64,000 nucleotides of DNA from Candidatus Woesearchaeota archaeon (GTDB lineage: Archaea > Nanobdellota > Nanobdellia > Woesearchaeales > JAFCFN01), in NCBI GenBank assembly GCA_017608625.1, contig JAFCFN010000001.1, positions 19,828 to 83,827 on the forward strand. The letters run 5' to 3'. Positions within the stretch are counted from its first letter, which is position 1, and each line of letters opens with the position of its first letter. Positions 16,899 to 26,949 of this stretch are shown piece after piece. The translations under genes and the position numbers were made by a program. Under the pieces are notes generated by a model. It saw only the letters and a program-made list of their open reading frames with translations, had not been told where the DNA came from and ran no database searches.

Positions 16899-18686
16899 AT
16901 GAAAAAGGTACCATGGTACCTAAAATTTTTATTTACAATATCTTTTCTTTCAAATACTCATTCTGCTAATAGTTGGAAAGATTATCAAAAATTAAACTTT
17001 GATACACACATCTTAAGCACATATTATGACCACTTTGAGAAAAATTTTAAATTAACTTATTATAAGAACCGGTTAACAGGATTGGAATCAGTTATTAATG
17101 AAAAGAAAGATCTTATTAAAAGTTATTACAAACTACCGAATCCAACAATTGAAATTGAACATTATAAAAATAAATTGTTAGAAAATCAAAGTAAAAAATT
17201 AAATAAAAAATTTTTTACATTGCTTGCTGTTTATAAATCAGAGGTTGACAAACTAAATACAATTGATAAGGAAAAGTTCAATAGGTTTTTGAAATCTACA
17301 CTTAATAAAATTGAAGATCTTAATGGCGATAAAGAAAATATTAAGAATTTGGAAGCATTTCTTTTTGAAACAAATTTAGAAGATTTAAAAAACAAAGCTA
17401 AAGAGTTTTATCTTTCTAATCCTAAATTAATACAGCACTATAAAATTGAATTATATAGGCTTCTAAAATATGAATTAACCAAGTTTATAGATTTAAAGAC
17501 AAATAAAGAATTAGATAAAGCTAAAGATACATTAGAAAATTTTTGTGATAAAAAAAAGTTTACAGATCTGAAAAATAAAGCCAAGGAGATATCAGACTAT
17601 GTTGGAAAAATCGAGTCCAATAAAAATTCAGATTATCTCAATGTCGCATGTAAACTGTTTGATATTAAGATCAAGAAAGATCCTCTAATTAAAGAAATAA
17701 AAAACAATAAGAAAGAATTAGAAAAGATTGTAAAAAGGTATGGAAAAATAGATTTACGTAATGCCTCATCTAGACTACAAAATCTGCGTGAGTCACTTAA
17801 AGACGAATGGGAACTTGAAATAAATCATAAAAACTTTTACCATTTAGTTAAACTTGTTAAAGAACAAGGCATTATTCCGGTTATTGAAATAGGGAAGAAT
17901 AAAATTCCTCTTTATTGTATCTCTGAAATTTTAGTTGCTAATGATGTTGAAAACATAAGACTAAATCCTGAAATATTAAGAGGCATAACAGAAGAGAAAA
18001 ATGTTATAAAAAAAATTAAAAACATAAACAGTTCTCTAGGCAAAGAAGTAATTTCACTTCAAAAGATAGAAAAAATAGTAAATGAAGCGTTATTTCTTCT
18101 TGCTTCTCCACAAATTAATGATAAAAATTGGAGAGATTGGGAGAGGGATGTTTGTTTCTCGAACCAATATGTTAATTGGGGTTTTGCTAATTATATAACT
18201 AGTTCTTTTTGGTATGAATTGGCTCTACCAGAATTGTTTAAAATGCGGCCTTTAGGTTATATTGGGAAGACAGACATATCTTTTAATGTATTCCCATTAG
18301 CAGGGATTGAAGGAAAAGTAAAAGGAGAGATAATTAGTGGAGGAGTTATGTTAATAAAAGATTTAGGTCTATTTACAACCAAACTCACTTTGGGTATCTC
18401 GTCAATTCAAAAAGGAAATGCTCAATTGTTTTCAGGATTTGATAAAAAGTATCTTTTAATGGATAAAGATTTACAAGGATTTAAATTTCCAAGTAGCAGC
18501 TTTGAATTTGGCGTCATTTTTCCTCATTTTACTTTTATGACTCACTTTTATCCTAAGATTAAAATTAAAGAAAAGATTTACCCAGGGATATATCCTGTTT
18601 ATAGTATTTTATTGAATATACCTCTTCAGATCTCATATAATCCACTTACACACTCTTATTCTTGTTCAGCTAGTTTTAAATTTTAG
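16899..18686 (+). CDS. Hypothetical secreted/surface protein, Lys-rich, with an aromatic beta-rich C-terminal region
   Basis: A signal-peptide-like N-terminus (LKFLFTISFLSNTHSA) is followed by 595 aa with no motif I recognise. Confidence 0.4.
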   Translation: MKKVPWYLKFLFTISFLSNTHSANSWKDYQKLNFDTHILSTYYDHFEKNFKLTYYKNRLTGLESVINEKKDLIKSYYKLPNPTIEIEHYKNKLLENQSKKLNKKFFTLLAVYKSEVDKLNTIDKEKFNRFLKSTLNKIEDLNGDKENIKNLEAFLFETNLEDLKNKAKEFYLSNPKLIQHYKIELYRLLKYELTKFIDLKTNKELDKAKDTLENFCDKKKFTDLKNKAKEISDYVGKIESNKNSDYLNVACKLFDIKIKKDPLIKEIKNNKKELEKIVKRYGKIDLRNASSRLQNLRESLKDEWELEINHKNFYHLVKLVKEQGIIPVIEIGKNKIPLYCISEILVANDVENIRLNPEILRGITEEKNVIKKIKNINSSLGKEVISLQKIEKIVNEALFLLASPQINDKNWRDWERDVCFSNQYVNWGFANYITSSFWYELALPELFKMRPLGYIGKTDISFNVFPLAGIEGKVKGEIISGGVMLIKDLGLFTTKLTLGISSIQKGNAQLFSGFDKKYLLMDKDLQGFKFPSSSFEFGVIFPHFTFMTHFYPKIKIKEKIYPGIYPVYSILLNIPLQISYNPLTHSYSCSASFKF

Positions 18687-18720
18687 AAAATTTTTAATAA
18701 GAAACAAAAGACTTAAAAGT

Positions 18721-19458
18721 TTGATCTATTTCTTAAAAAATTATGAGAAAATGATAAAAGTGATTATTTTTGATTTTGATGATACTTTAGAAAAATATGA
18801 CATAGCAAAACATTATGCAGAAAGGAGAATTGACAGATACTTTTCCAAAATATACGGAATTAAAAATATAGCAAAGCTATTGAGAGATATAGACTTATTC
18901 TATACAATAGAAGGAAAAACTAGAAAAGATGTTAGTTTATACAGACGAGAGCTTTGGTTTAAGGATATTTTTCATAAACTTAAAATAAAACCAAAGAAGG
19001 ATGAAATTAAAAAACTAGTAAATCTTTACTGGAACTCCATATATGAGAAAATTACTTTAATGCCAAACACAAAAAATGTTTTAAGAACACTAAAAAAGAA
19101 ATTCAAACTTGCGATTATTTCTGATTCTGATGGGAATAAAACAATAAAAACTAGAAGACTTATGAAACTAGGCATAATCAGGTTTTTCGATGTAGTTGTT
19201 ACAGGCGATGATATTAAAACAACAAAACCAGATAAAAAATTCTATTTTATGATATTTAAAAAATTAAAGGTAAGACCTTTTGAGTGTGTAATTGTAGGTG
19301 ATAAGCCAGAATACGATTTAGAAGTAGCCAAGAAACTTGGTTTAACAACAGTTTGGTTTGTTTATGGTGATTGGGCAAAACGCGAGAAAAGAAAGCATTT
19401 TAAATACGTAGACTTTAAAATAAATTCTTTGAAAGAATTGATAAAATTATTTAATTAG
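18721..19458 (+). CDS. HAD-superfamily hydrolase
   Basis: Motif I (IIFDFDDTL) and motif IV (VGDKPEYDLEVAKKLG) are present. Confidence 0.65.
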   Translation: MIYFLKNYEKMIKVIIFDFDDTLEKYDIAKHYAERRIDRYFSKIYGIKNIAKLLRDIDLFYTIEGKTRKDVSLYRRELWFKDIFHKLKIKPKKDEIKKLVNLYWNSIYEKITLMPNTKNVLRTLKKKFKLAIISDSDGNKTIKTRRLMKLGIIRFFDVVVTGDDIKTTKPDKKFYFMIFKKLKVRPFECVIVGDKPEYDLEVAKKLGLTTVWFVYGDWAKREKRKHFKYVDFKINSLKELIKLFN

Positions 19459-20534
19459 TTCAGATTGCCTTTTGTTAAATCGCCTCCAAGTAAATGTTGT
19501 CTAGTTATGGAATAATCAACTCTTTTTACTCTTTCATTAATCAAGTATTTAACAAACTCTAAAGTTCGTCTTACCCATGATTTTCCTTGATTTATATTAG
19601 CAAAGTGTTCTTTTAATTCATCAAAAGTTAATCCTTTTAAATTCGATTTTGACATTTTTTCTCCATCCTCGCCATAAAATAATGGACCTATAAGATATAT
19701 TGGAACTTTAGTGCCTCTAAGCGAATCTGTTTTATTTGCTAAGATAGTGGTTATTTTCTTAGCTTTTTCAACCTTTGACAATTCTCCTGCATGACTCTCA
19801 AAATAATCCCCTCCATATACATGAACATCTGTCTGTGGTTCTGTAACAATATCTCTTATGGAATTAATTAAATAATGAGCCGAAATAGAAATATTTCGAT
19901 CATACAAATCAAATTTATATCTTTTTTGATCACAAGCTTCATTATTACAATCTGCTTCAATTTCTATTCTATCATTTTTTCCTTTTGCTAAGACAGGAAA
20001 TGTTCGTGTAACAGTATGACATTTAGGACAAATAGGATGTATTGGAATCTTACGATTTTTACTTTCATCTCCTGTAAGTATCTTTTTGATAGTGTCTCTT
20101 TCTTTAATAAGAGTTTCAAGACAATTTCTGTACTTTACAGTTGATTGAATATCAGAAAGCCAGTTAAAATGATAATTGATTCCGATCTCTGCTTGCACCA
20201 AAGACATAAACTCTTTAACTTTTGCAGTGCTATATGCAGCAAGGTTTGGATATTCCTCTAGTGGACTTTTAATATATTTAAAGGGATAAGCTATCTTGCC
20301 TTTTGACTCACTTGGCAAATCAATGTCTAAAACAGTTATTTCTAATTCAGTTGTACTTGTGCCTAGATAGTGTGTTAGCCATGATGCTAAAAGAAGCGTG
20401 CTTATATTTCCTAAGTGAATCTGTCCAGATGGTCTAAAACCTACACTCACTTTCTTTCTGGGTTTGTTAGATAATAACTCAACTATGCTGTCTAAAGAGA
20501 AGTATACTCCTTTTGGGGTTTTTCTTCCATCCAT
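19455..20534 (-). CDS. Class I aminoacyl-tRNA synthetase catalytic core, LysRS class I-like (HxGN, KMSKS, Cys-rich insertion); apparently lacks a C-terminal anticodon-binding domain
   Basis: GFRPSGQIHLGNISTLL carries the HIGH-variant HxGN typical of LysK. A KMSKS motif (GEKMSKSNLKG) and a CPKC...C..C insertion are present. The gene is only 359 aa, against more than 500 aa for full LysRS-I. Confidence 0.55.
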   Translation of the reverse strand: MDGRKTPKGVYFSLDSIVELLSNKPRKKVSVGFRPSGQIHLGNISTLLLASWLTHYLGTSTTELEITVLDIDLPSESKGKIAYPFKYIKSPLEEYPNLAAYSTAKVKEFMSLVQAEIGINYHFNWLSDIQSTVKYRNCLETLIKERDTIKKILTGDESKNRKIPIHPICPKCHTVTRTFPVLAKGKNDRIEIEADCNNEACDQKRYKFDLYDRNISISAHYLINSIRDIVTEPQTDVHVYGGDYFESHAGELSKVEKAKKITTILANKTDSLRGTKVPIYLIGPLFYGEDGEKMSKSNLKGLTFDELKEHFANINQGKSWVRRTLEFVKYLINERVKRVDYSITRQHLLGGDLTKGNLN

Positions 20535-20666
20535 TTTATTTAATAATATTATAAATCATAGTCATTTATAAATTTTTTGTTTTTAATCACTCTTTGGTAA
20601 CAAAAATAATTGAATATAGAATTCCTCTAATTTAACAACTTATAAAACTTTTTAATTTTTATACTT

Positions 20667-21137
20667 CTATCTTATTCTTCTTACTTTAGATACAAAATTT
20701 AATATTTTGCCTTCTTTTGCTTTTCCGCATCCTAAGAGATTATTTTTATATTTTATAAGCACAAAACCAGAGTAATTTTTTATTGTTAAATCCTGGCCAG
20801 AAAGCCATTCTTTAACTTGTTTTTCATTTATTTCAACCACATTTTTATATGCTTTTCTGCCAATCATTTGTGAACCTTCTATTGACAACCTTAACCCATC
20901 TTTCTCTAACTTCCCAAAATATAGGCCAACAGAATTTATTCTTAGTTTATCTAAATTCAAATTTTCAATTTCTTTGTTTACAATAAATATTTTCCTCTCT
21001 TTATTCTGGAGAAAAACATAATCTAAATCACCTTTAAAACCAAACTGTTTTTCAAGTAAATAAAGAATTACTTTAATTTGTTTTTTATTTAGAATTTGAA
21101 GATTCTGCATTTTTATATTAAAATTTAAATTCCCCAA
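20667..21137 (-). CDS. PUA-domain protein (Nip7-like ribosome biogenesis factor)
   Basis: The ORF lies downstream of aIF5B, as Nip7 does in many archaea, and the C-terminal half is a PUA-like beta-rich region. The call is weak. Confidence 0.4.
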   Translation of the reverse strand: MGNLNFNIKMQNLQILNKKQIKVILYLLEKQFGFKGDLDYVFLQNKERKIFIVNKEIENLNLDKLRINSVGLYFGKLEKDGLRLSIEGSQMIGRKAYKNVVEINEKQVKEWLSGQDLTIKNYSGFVLIKYKNNLLGCGKAKEGKILNFVSKVRRIR

Positions 21138-22888
21138 ATAACATTGCTTTTCCTTTTTATTTCTGCTATTTCTTTTAGGATTTCTATTTCATCTTTGTTT
21201 AAATATTTTTTAAATTGTTTTAGTTTTCTGAATTCTTCTTCAGAAATGTCTGATAATAAAATTTCTCCTTCATTGATTTGTCTACCAACTGTTGCTTCTG
21301 GGATAGCTATTGCTACTTGCTTTCCTTTTTCAGCTTCAGCTATGTTTTCTTGTTCTAACTGCATGCTTTTAATGGTTCCAATAGATTTTCCATCCTGTTT
21401 CATTAATGAAATGCCTGTTCTTGCTGTTCCAGCTAAAACCTCCACTCCAATTACAGCAGGATTACTCTGCCTAAAGACATAACCTCTGAGTATTTCTAAT
21501 TTGCAAGGTTTTGTTAGTTCAGCCAAAGCTTCTTGTTCTAATTTTGATTTCTCTTGCTCTTGCCAAAGTTCAAATTCCTCAATTAATCTGTAGATGATAT
21601 CAGATGTAATTATTTTGACTTTTTCTGGAATAGTGTCGATCTCTTTACTTAATGAAACATTAAAGCCAAGCACAACTGCTTGTAATGGATCTTTATCATA
21701 GTTTGCTTCTGCTTCTGCTATATCTTTTTTGGTTATATTGCCAATAGTTGCCTTTCTGATAGGCATATGTTTTTCTTTTAATAAGGTTATCAGTGCTTCC
21801 AAACTACCTAAAGAATCTGTTTTTACAATTATTCCTATTTTATCTGTTGCAATTAATACCTCCTTAACTATGTTTTGTATTTCTTCTTTTACCTTATCTA
21901 ATTCTTGCTCAGAACAAACTCTTATTGGCATACCTGCTGTTGCTTCATCTATTCCAGTAGCAGATATTTTAACGCCTGTTGCAGCTGCTACTTGGTCAAC
22001 TGGTTTAAACTGAGCCTTTTTAACTCTCATTTCTTCTAAAGGCATGGGTTCAAACAATGCTTTGACTTTTGTCACAATTGGTTTATTTAGACCTCCAATA
22101 ACAACAAGATCGTTTTTCTTTAGAATGCCATCATAGATTATTACATCTAGTGTTTTTCCTAAACCTTTTTCTTCTTTTACCTCAAGAATAGTCCCTTTTG
22201 CAGGTCCTTTTACTTCTATTTGTAGACTTTTTTCTAGATATTTTTGTGCAAGACCTGTTAAAACCATTAGTAATTCTGCTATACCTTGACCTGTTTTGGC
22301 TGAGCAAGGAATGATTGCTATTTGTTTTGTATAATCCTCTATTCTGTCAAATCTTTCAGAATTAAAACCTAGCTCAGAGAGTTTTCCAACTAAAGTGTAG
22401 ATTTTTTTGTCTAATTCTTCTTGGATATGTGGAAGTTGTTTGGGAATTACTTGTAATAAAGGACCTTGTTCATCTCTCCATCCAGAAATTAAGTCAATTT
22501 TATTAGCAGCTATTATAAAAGGTGTTTTATTATGTTTTAGAATTTCTATACATTCTTCTGTCTGAGGCATAAATCCTTCATTAATGTCTATGACAAGAAT
22601 AGCAATATCAGCTAAAGATCCACCCCTTTTTCTTAAATTTGTGAAAGCAGCATGGCCCGGCGTATCTATGAACAATAATCCGGGGATGGTTAAGTTAATC
22701 TTAAGCTGCTCTAGCAATTGACCACAAACTTCTTTTATTGTATTTAAAGGGATTATGCTTGCGCCTATTGCCTGAGTTATTGCTCCTGCCTCTGTTTTAA
22801 CAATAGCAGTCTTTCTAATAGAATCTAGTATAGATGTTTTTCCATGATCTACATGACCCATAAAGGTGCAAATAGGGCTTCTTATCAT
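21125..22888 (-). CDS. infB: Translation initiation factor aIF5B (IF2 homolog)
   Basis: The G-domain GHVDHGKTSILDSIR starts at the N-terminus with no bacterial-style extension, as in aIF5B (587 aa). Confidence 0.85.
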   Translation of the reverse strand: MIRSPICTFMGHVDHGKTSILDSIRKTAIVKTEAGAITQAIGASIIPLNTIKEVCGQLLEQLKINLTIPGLLFIDTPGHAAFTNLRKRGGSLADIAILVIDINEGFMPQTEECIEILKHNKTPFIIAANKIDLISGWRDEQGPLLQVIPKQLPHIQEELDKKIYTLVGKLSELGFNSERFDRIEDYTKQIAIIPCSAKTGQGIAELLMVLTGLAQKYLEKSLQIEVKGPAKGTILEVKEEKGLGKTLDVIIYDGILKKNDLVVIGGLNKPIVTKVKALFEPMPLEEMRVKKAQFKPVDQVAAATGVKISATGIDEATAGMPIRVCSEQELDKVKEEIQNIVKEVLIATDKIGIIVKTDSLGSLEALITLLKEKHMPIRKATIGNITKKDIAEAEANYDKDPLQAVVLGFNVSLSKEIDTIPEKVKIITSDIIYRLIEEFELWQEQEKSKLEQEALAELTKPCKLEILRGYVFRQSNPAVIGVEVLAGTARTGISLMKQDGKSIGTIKSMQLEQENIAEAEKGKQVAIAIPEATVGRQINEGEILLSDISEEEFRKLKQFKKYLNKDEIEILKEIAEIKRKSNVIWGI

Positions 22889-22921
22889 ATACTACTAGAA
22901 AGAGTAGGTGTTTTTAAATAT

Positions 22922-23200
22922 TTACCCTATTGCTCTCCTCACATCAATAACTTCAACAGAATTAACTCCTTCTAAAGCTTTGATCTTAGTCTCAAGTTCT
23001 TCTGTAGAGCCTTTTGATTCATCCATAACAAATAGGATTTTTAAAGCTTTTAATCCAAATGCAATTGGTTCTTGTTCTGTTTTTATTTCTGTTTCACCTG
23101 CAAATTCTGTTATTAATTTCTTTGCTTGTTCTTGTATTTTAGATAAGTCTGTTTCAGGACTTTCAGGCATTATTTTTAGAGTAACAATTATAGTGGCCAT
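22922..23200 (-). CDS. ef1b: Elongation factor 1-beta (aEF-1beta)
   Basis: MATIIVTLKIMPESPETD...VEVIDVRRAIG is the typical archaeal EF1B fold sequence. Confidence 0.8.
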   Translation of the reverse strand: MATIIVTLKIMPESPETDLSKIQEQAKKLITEFAGETEIKTEQEPIAFGLKALKILFVMDESKGSTEELETKIKALEGVNSVEVIDVRRAIG

Positions 23201-23205
23201 TTTAG

Positions 23206-23376
23206 TTAGGTCCTACAAAATGACATAAAGGACATTCATATTTAGCAACAATCTCTCTACAGTGTTTACATCTAACTATTTCATATTTACCACAATTAGG
23301 GCAAGGAAATTTTGTAGAGCCTGCCTTGTTTGTTATCTTTTTCTTACAACTTATACATATTAATTCTTTTTCCATA
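23206..23376 (-). CDS. Zn-ribbon protein (COG2888-like), the usual partner of aEF-1beta
   Basis: The reverse translation is MEKELICISCKKKITNKAGSTKFPCPNCGKYEIVRCKHCREIVAKYECPLCHFVGP, with four CxxC pairs. The gene is absent from the track because it is shorter than 60 aa. Confidence 0.5.
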
Positions 23377-23407
23377 TTGGTTAGGGCTTTGTCATTATTT
23401 ATAAATC

Positions 23408-24484
23408 TTATGCTGAAATTATGTTATTTTCCTCATCGACACTAAAAACCTTTCCTAAGAATTGTTCTGTTGTATAAATGTTTGTTTTAGTATGGTTAGT
23501 TATTTCAGCAACTTTTATTTTTCCTCCAAATAAAGCTAAGAAAGGTATTAAATTGTCAGACATGTGTTCATCAACAGCAGCTTTGCTTTCTATTTGTTTG
23601 ATTAAATTATCAGCTGCTTCTTTTCCTACACTTTCTGCTCTTTTGCCTCTCTCTCCTAAAGCATCTCCTCCTAAAATAATTGGATTTGAATCAAGCTCTT
23701 CTGAGAATATAGCATAGAGTGTAATGCCAGATCCTGGGGATAGAGTGTCACAATATTCTGTTCTTATGTTTATTGGGCAGCTATATTTGCTTAAGATTAA
23801 TTTAGCTGCTCTTGCTTGTCTTTCAGCAATATTTGCTTTTTCCAAAAATTTAGATGCATGAGAAATCCCTTTTATTTGTTGCAGATTTCCTTGATTTATT
23901 AATTCTATTTTTGGTGCATTTTCTTTTAAGAATTCCCAGAATTCTTCAAATGTATTAAAGTCTGATAATTTATATTTTTGATTTATTTTAATATCAACTT
24001 TTCCTCCACCTTTAGGAAAATAACCTCTTTTTATTAAATCAATCTTTATATCAACATATTTTTTAATTTGAGGCACAAAAATTTCCTTGAAAAAATCATA
24101 CGACATTGCCCATTTAACATCTGTTCCACCAGTTATTTTTAATCTTACTTTTTTATTAGCAAATAAACTTGGAAGCAATATTGCTTGAAGCAATAAAGAA
24201 ATGCTGCCTGCTGTTCCAATATCTATGCTAATTATTTTACCCCCTATTTTATTAGGATAATATTTTAGATATTCAGAACCTAAATAAGCCCCATCAACTT
24301 TTGCAGAACAAAGTTTTTGCAATGCTTTAACACAATATAGGTGTTGAGCTTTTAAACCAGGATTTGGTCTACCCTTTCTTATATTTGTAACCTCAAATGC
24401 CTCGCCAGTTAGAGTGGATAAAGCCAAAGCTGTTCTGACTATTTGACCACCACCTTCTAAATATGAACCATCTAATTTTATCAT
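23408..24484 (-). CDS. rtcA: RNA 3'-terminal phosphate cyclase
   Basis: The N-terminus MIKLDGSYLEGGGQIVRTALALSTLTG matches the RtcA signature. Confidence 0.8.
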   Translation of the reverse strand: MIKLDGSYLEGGGQIVRTALALSTLTGEAFEVTNIRKGRPNPGLKAQHLYCVKALQKLCSAKVDGAYLGSEYLKYYPNKIGGKIISIDIGTAGSISLLLQAILLPSLFANKKVRLKITGGTDVKWAMSYDFFKEIFVPQIKKYVDIKIDLIKRGYFPKGGGKVDIKINQKYKLSDFNTFEEFWEFLKENAPKIELINQGNLQQIKGISHASKFLEKANIAERQARAAKLILSKYSCPINIRTEYCDTLSPGSGITLYAIFSEELDSNPIILGGDALGERGKRAESVGKEAADNLIKQIESKAAVDEHMSDNLIPFLALFGGKIKVAEITNHTKTNIYTTEQFLGKVFSVDEENNIISA

Positions 24485-24538
24485 CTAAATTAAATAATTT
24501 GGTAACCTTTATAAACATTTTTTAATTATTAGATAATA

Positions 24539-25396
24539 ATGAGAAAATTATTGTTATTTGTGATATTTCTATTCTTTATACCACTTTGTCTAGCTCAAAC
24601 TATAGAATTAAATAATTATAATTTTAAAATTTTATATAATAAGGTTTTGGTTGAGAATGAAATAATCTTTAATAAAACTCAAAATATTAATTTTACAATT
24701 GATTTACCAGAAGATGCGTCTGGTTTATCTCTTTATATAAATAATAAGTTGCAAAATCCAGTTATTAGAGATAGTAAAATTAGTTTGATATATTCTTCAG
24801 TAAAAAAAATAAAATTAGATTATATAACCAAAGAACCTTTAGAAAAAGATACATTCTTGATCAGTTTGATTATGCCTTTTTCTACACAAGTACTTAAAAT
24901 AACTTTAACACTTCCTGAAGGGTCTGTTTTGGAAAAACCTTTAGAAGATAGTATAAGTGGATCTATCTATCCAAAACCAGATAAAGCAACAACAGATGGC
25001 AAAAGCTTAATATTTGAATGGCAAAGACAAAATTTAAAGAAAGGTGAGGAATTTGCTATTTTTGCCAGATATACATCAGAATCAAGGTTAAGGTTATTAT
25101 TGTGGTCATTGTTTCTAATTGTTATTGTTTTGGTAGCTTTTATTTTTTTGAAGAAGACTAAAACAACGGTGATTGTAAAAAAAGAAGAAGCAATTGAAAA
25201 ACATCTTAAAGAGGATGAAGAACAGATAGTAAATATCTTGAAAAAGAGGTCTGGCCAGTGTGAACAAGGAACTTTAAGAGTTATAACAGGGTTTTCAAAA
25301 GCGACCCTTTCTAGGCTTCTTAAGGAATTAGAAGAACGAAAAATCATTTATAAGGAAAAAAGAGGCAAAAAAAATCTTGTTTTTCTTAAAAAATAG
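24539..25396 (+). CDS. Membrane-anchored winged-helix regulator: signal peptide plus extracellular domain, one TM, cytoplasmic wHTH
   Basis: The signal peptide is LLFVIFLFFIPLCLA and the TM is LLLWSLFLIVIVLVAFIFL. The C-terminal segment KRSGQCEQGTLRVITGFSKATLSRLLKELEERKIIYKEKRGKKNLVFL is MarR/TrmB-like. Confidence 0.5.
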   Translation: MRKLLLFVIFLFFIPLCLAQTIELNNYNFKILYNKVLVENEIIFNKTQNINFTIDLPEDASGLSLYINNKLQNPVIRDSKISLIYSSVKKIKLDYITKEPLEKDTFLISLIMPFSTQVLKITLTLPEGSVLEKPLEDSISGSIYPKPDKATTDGKSLIFEWQRQNLKKGEEFAIFARYTSESRLRLLLWSLFLIVIVLVAFIFLKKTKTTVIVKKEEAIEKHLKEDEEQIVNILKKRSGQCEQGTLRVITGFSKATLSRLLKELEERKIIYKEKRGKKNLVFLKK

Positions 25397-25589
25397 TAAT
25401 GGAACATTATGGAACAATTATGAGGTTTTTTCTTCCTTTAAAATTCAAAATAAGCAACTGTTTCATGAATAAAATATAAGTATTTACTAAGTTTATAAAC
25501 ATAATATGGCGATCAAACAAAAAGCCATGGAGGCAGCAGGAAAATCTTTGATTTTCCTTGGTCTCCAAAATACTTTTGGAGGTAATAAA

Positions 25590-26885
25590 ATGAAAAAATT
25601 GTTTAGTTTGTTTGTGGCTATGCTATTATTGCTAGGTATAGCCCCAGTAGCATTTAGCCAAGAAGAAAACATAACTAAAAATATGAATGAAACAAATACA
25701 ACAGTTACAGCAACTACTCTTATTGAAGTAAATGAGACAGAAGATGTAACTGGAGACGAAGTAGAAGATGCAGGAATAACTCCAGACCAACCATTGTTAT
25801 GGGGGATTGAAAGAGCTTTAGAGAGAATAAGATTGGCAATGACATTTGGAGCAGAGAAAAAAGCTGCATACGGATTAAAGATTGCAGAAGAAAGGTTACT
25901 AGAAGCTAGAGTAATGGCTAGAAAAAATAAATTCAAAGAAATGACCAAAGCTGAAGGAGAGTATGAAAAGATTGCAAAAAAAGTAAAAAGAAGGATCAAA
26001 GAAATAAGACACAAAGATCCAGAAAAAGAGTTGGAGCTGAAATTAAAACTTGGAAGTAAAATAGAAGCCAATGAAAAAAAGCTTGAAGATATTGAAACAG
26101 AGATTGAAGTTAAGATAAAAGGCAATTTGACAGACGAGCAAAGGGAATTAATAGATCAAATAATAGCCTCTTTTAAGAATCAAACAGAAGAGCTTGGAAT
26201 GGAGATAGAGGTAGCAGAAGGAAAAGCAAAAACAAAGATAAAAGCTAAAACAGAAAAAACAGATGAAGAGATCGAGAAATTAATTAAAGAGAAGAAAAAG
26301 CAATTAGGAATTACAAAAACAAGGTTAGAATGGGCAGAAAAAGCAATAGAGCATGCAGAAGAAAAAATTACAGAAGCTGAAAAGGAAATTAGTGAGAAGA
26401 ATGAAGAAGGAATTAATGTAAGCATTGTAGAAAGTTTTCTTGATAGAGCAAAGGAAGTACTAGAACAAGCAAAAAATGCTCTTGCTGAAGAAGAATATAG
26501 AGTAGCAAGAAAACTAGCTCACGAAGCACATAAGCTAGCTATGCATGCTAAAAGAGGTAAAAGCTTTGATGAAGAGGGTGTTGAGAAAGCAATAGAAAGA
26601 ATAGAAAAAATAACAGAAAAACTTGAGGAAAAAGAAGTAACCGGTATAAATGTTAGTAAAGTAACAGAAAAATTAGAAAAAGTAAAAGAGAGATTGGAAG
26701 AAAAACTAGAAAAAATCAAAGAAAAGCAGGAAGAGGATAAGGAAGAGGAAGAAGAAGTGGAATGCACTAGTGATGAAGACTGCGATGAAGATGAGAAATG
26801 TGTAGAAGGCGAGTGTGAGAAAGTAAAGGAAGATAAGGAAGTAGAAATAGAAGTTGAGGTAGAAAAAGGAGCAAAAGAAGATTAA
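25590..26885 (+). CDS. Secreted Glu/Lys-rich coiled-coil protein with a C-terminal Cys/acidic cluster
   Basis: The internal Met (MKKLFSLFVAMLLLLGIAPVAFSQE) gives a signal peptide and is preceded by a GGAGGT SD. The track ORF (25506) starts earlier. The C-terminus reads CTSDEDCDEDEKCVEGECEK. Confidence 0.45.
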   Translation: MKKLFSLFVAMLLLLGIAPVAFSQEENITKNMNETNTTVTATTLIEVNETEDVTGDEVEDAGITPDQPLLWGIERALERIRLAMTFGAEKKAAYGLKIAEERLLEARVMARKNKFKEMTKAEGEYEKIAKKVKRRIKEIRHKDPEKELELKLKLGSKIEANEKKLEDIETEIEVKIKGNLTDEQRELIDQIIASFKNQTEELGMEIEVAEGKAKTKIKAKTEKTDEEIEKLIKEKKKQLGITKTRLEWAEKAIEHAEEKITEAEKEISEKNEEGINVSIVESFLDRAKEVLEQAKNALAEEEYRVARKLAHEAHKLAMHAKRGKSFDEEGVEKAIERIEKITEKLEEKEVTGINVSKVTEKLEKVKERLEEKLEKIKEKQEEDKEEEEEVECTSDEDCDEDEKCVEGECEKVKEDKEVEIEVEVEKGAKED

Positions 26886-26949
26886 AATTTAGTTTTTTTC
26901 TTTTTTTATTTCTTTTAATTAATAACATTTATAAATAACGATTTCTCTA

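Noticed and set aside
16899-18686. The C-terminal aromatic-rich segment ending in Phe, reminiscent of a bacterial outer-membrane beta-barrel signature.
   Set aside because: The contig is clearly archaeal, with no outer membrane. The resemblance is superficial, so the gene is kept as a hypothetical secreted protein.
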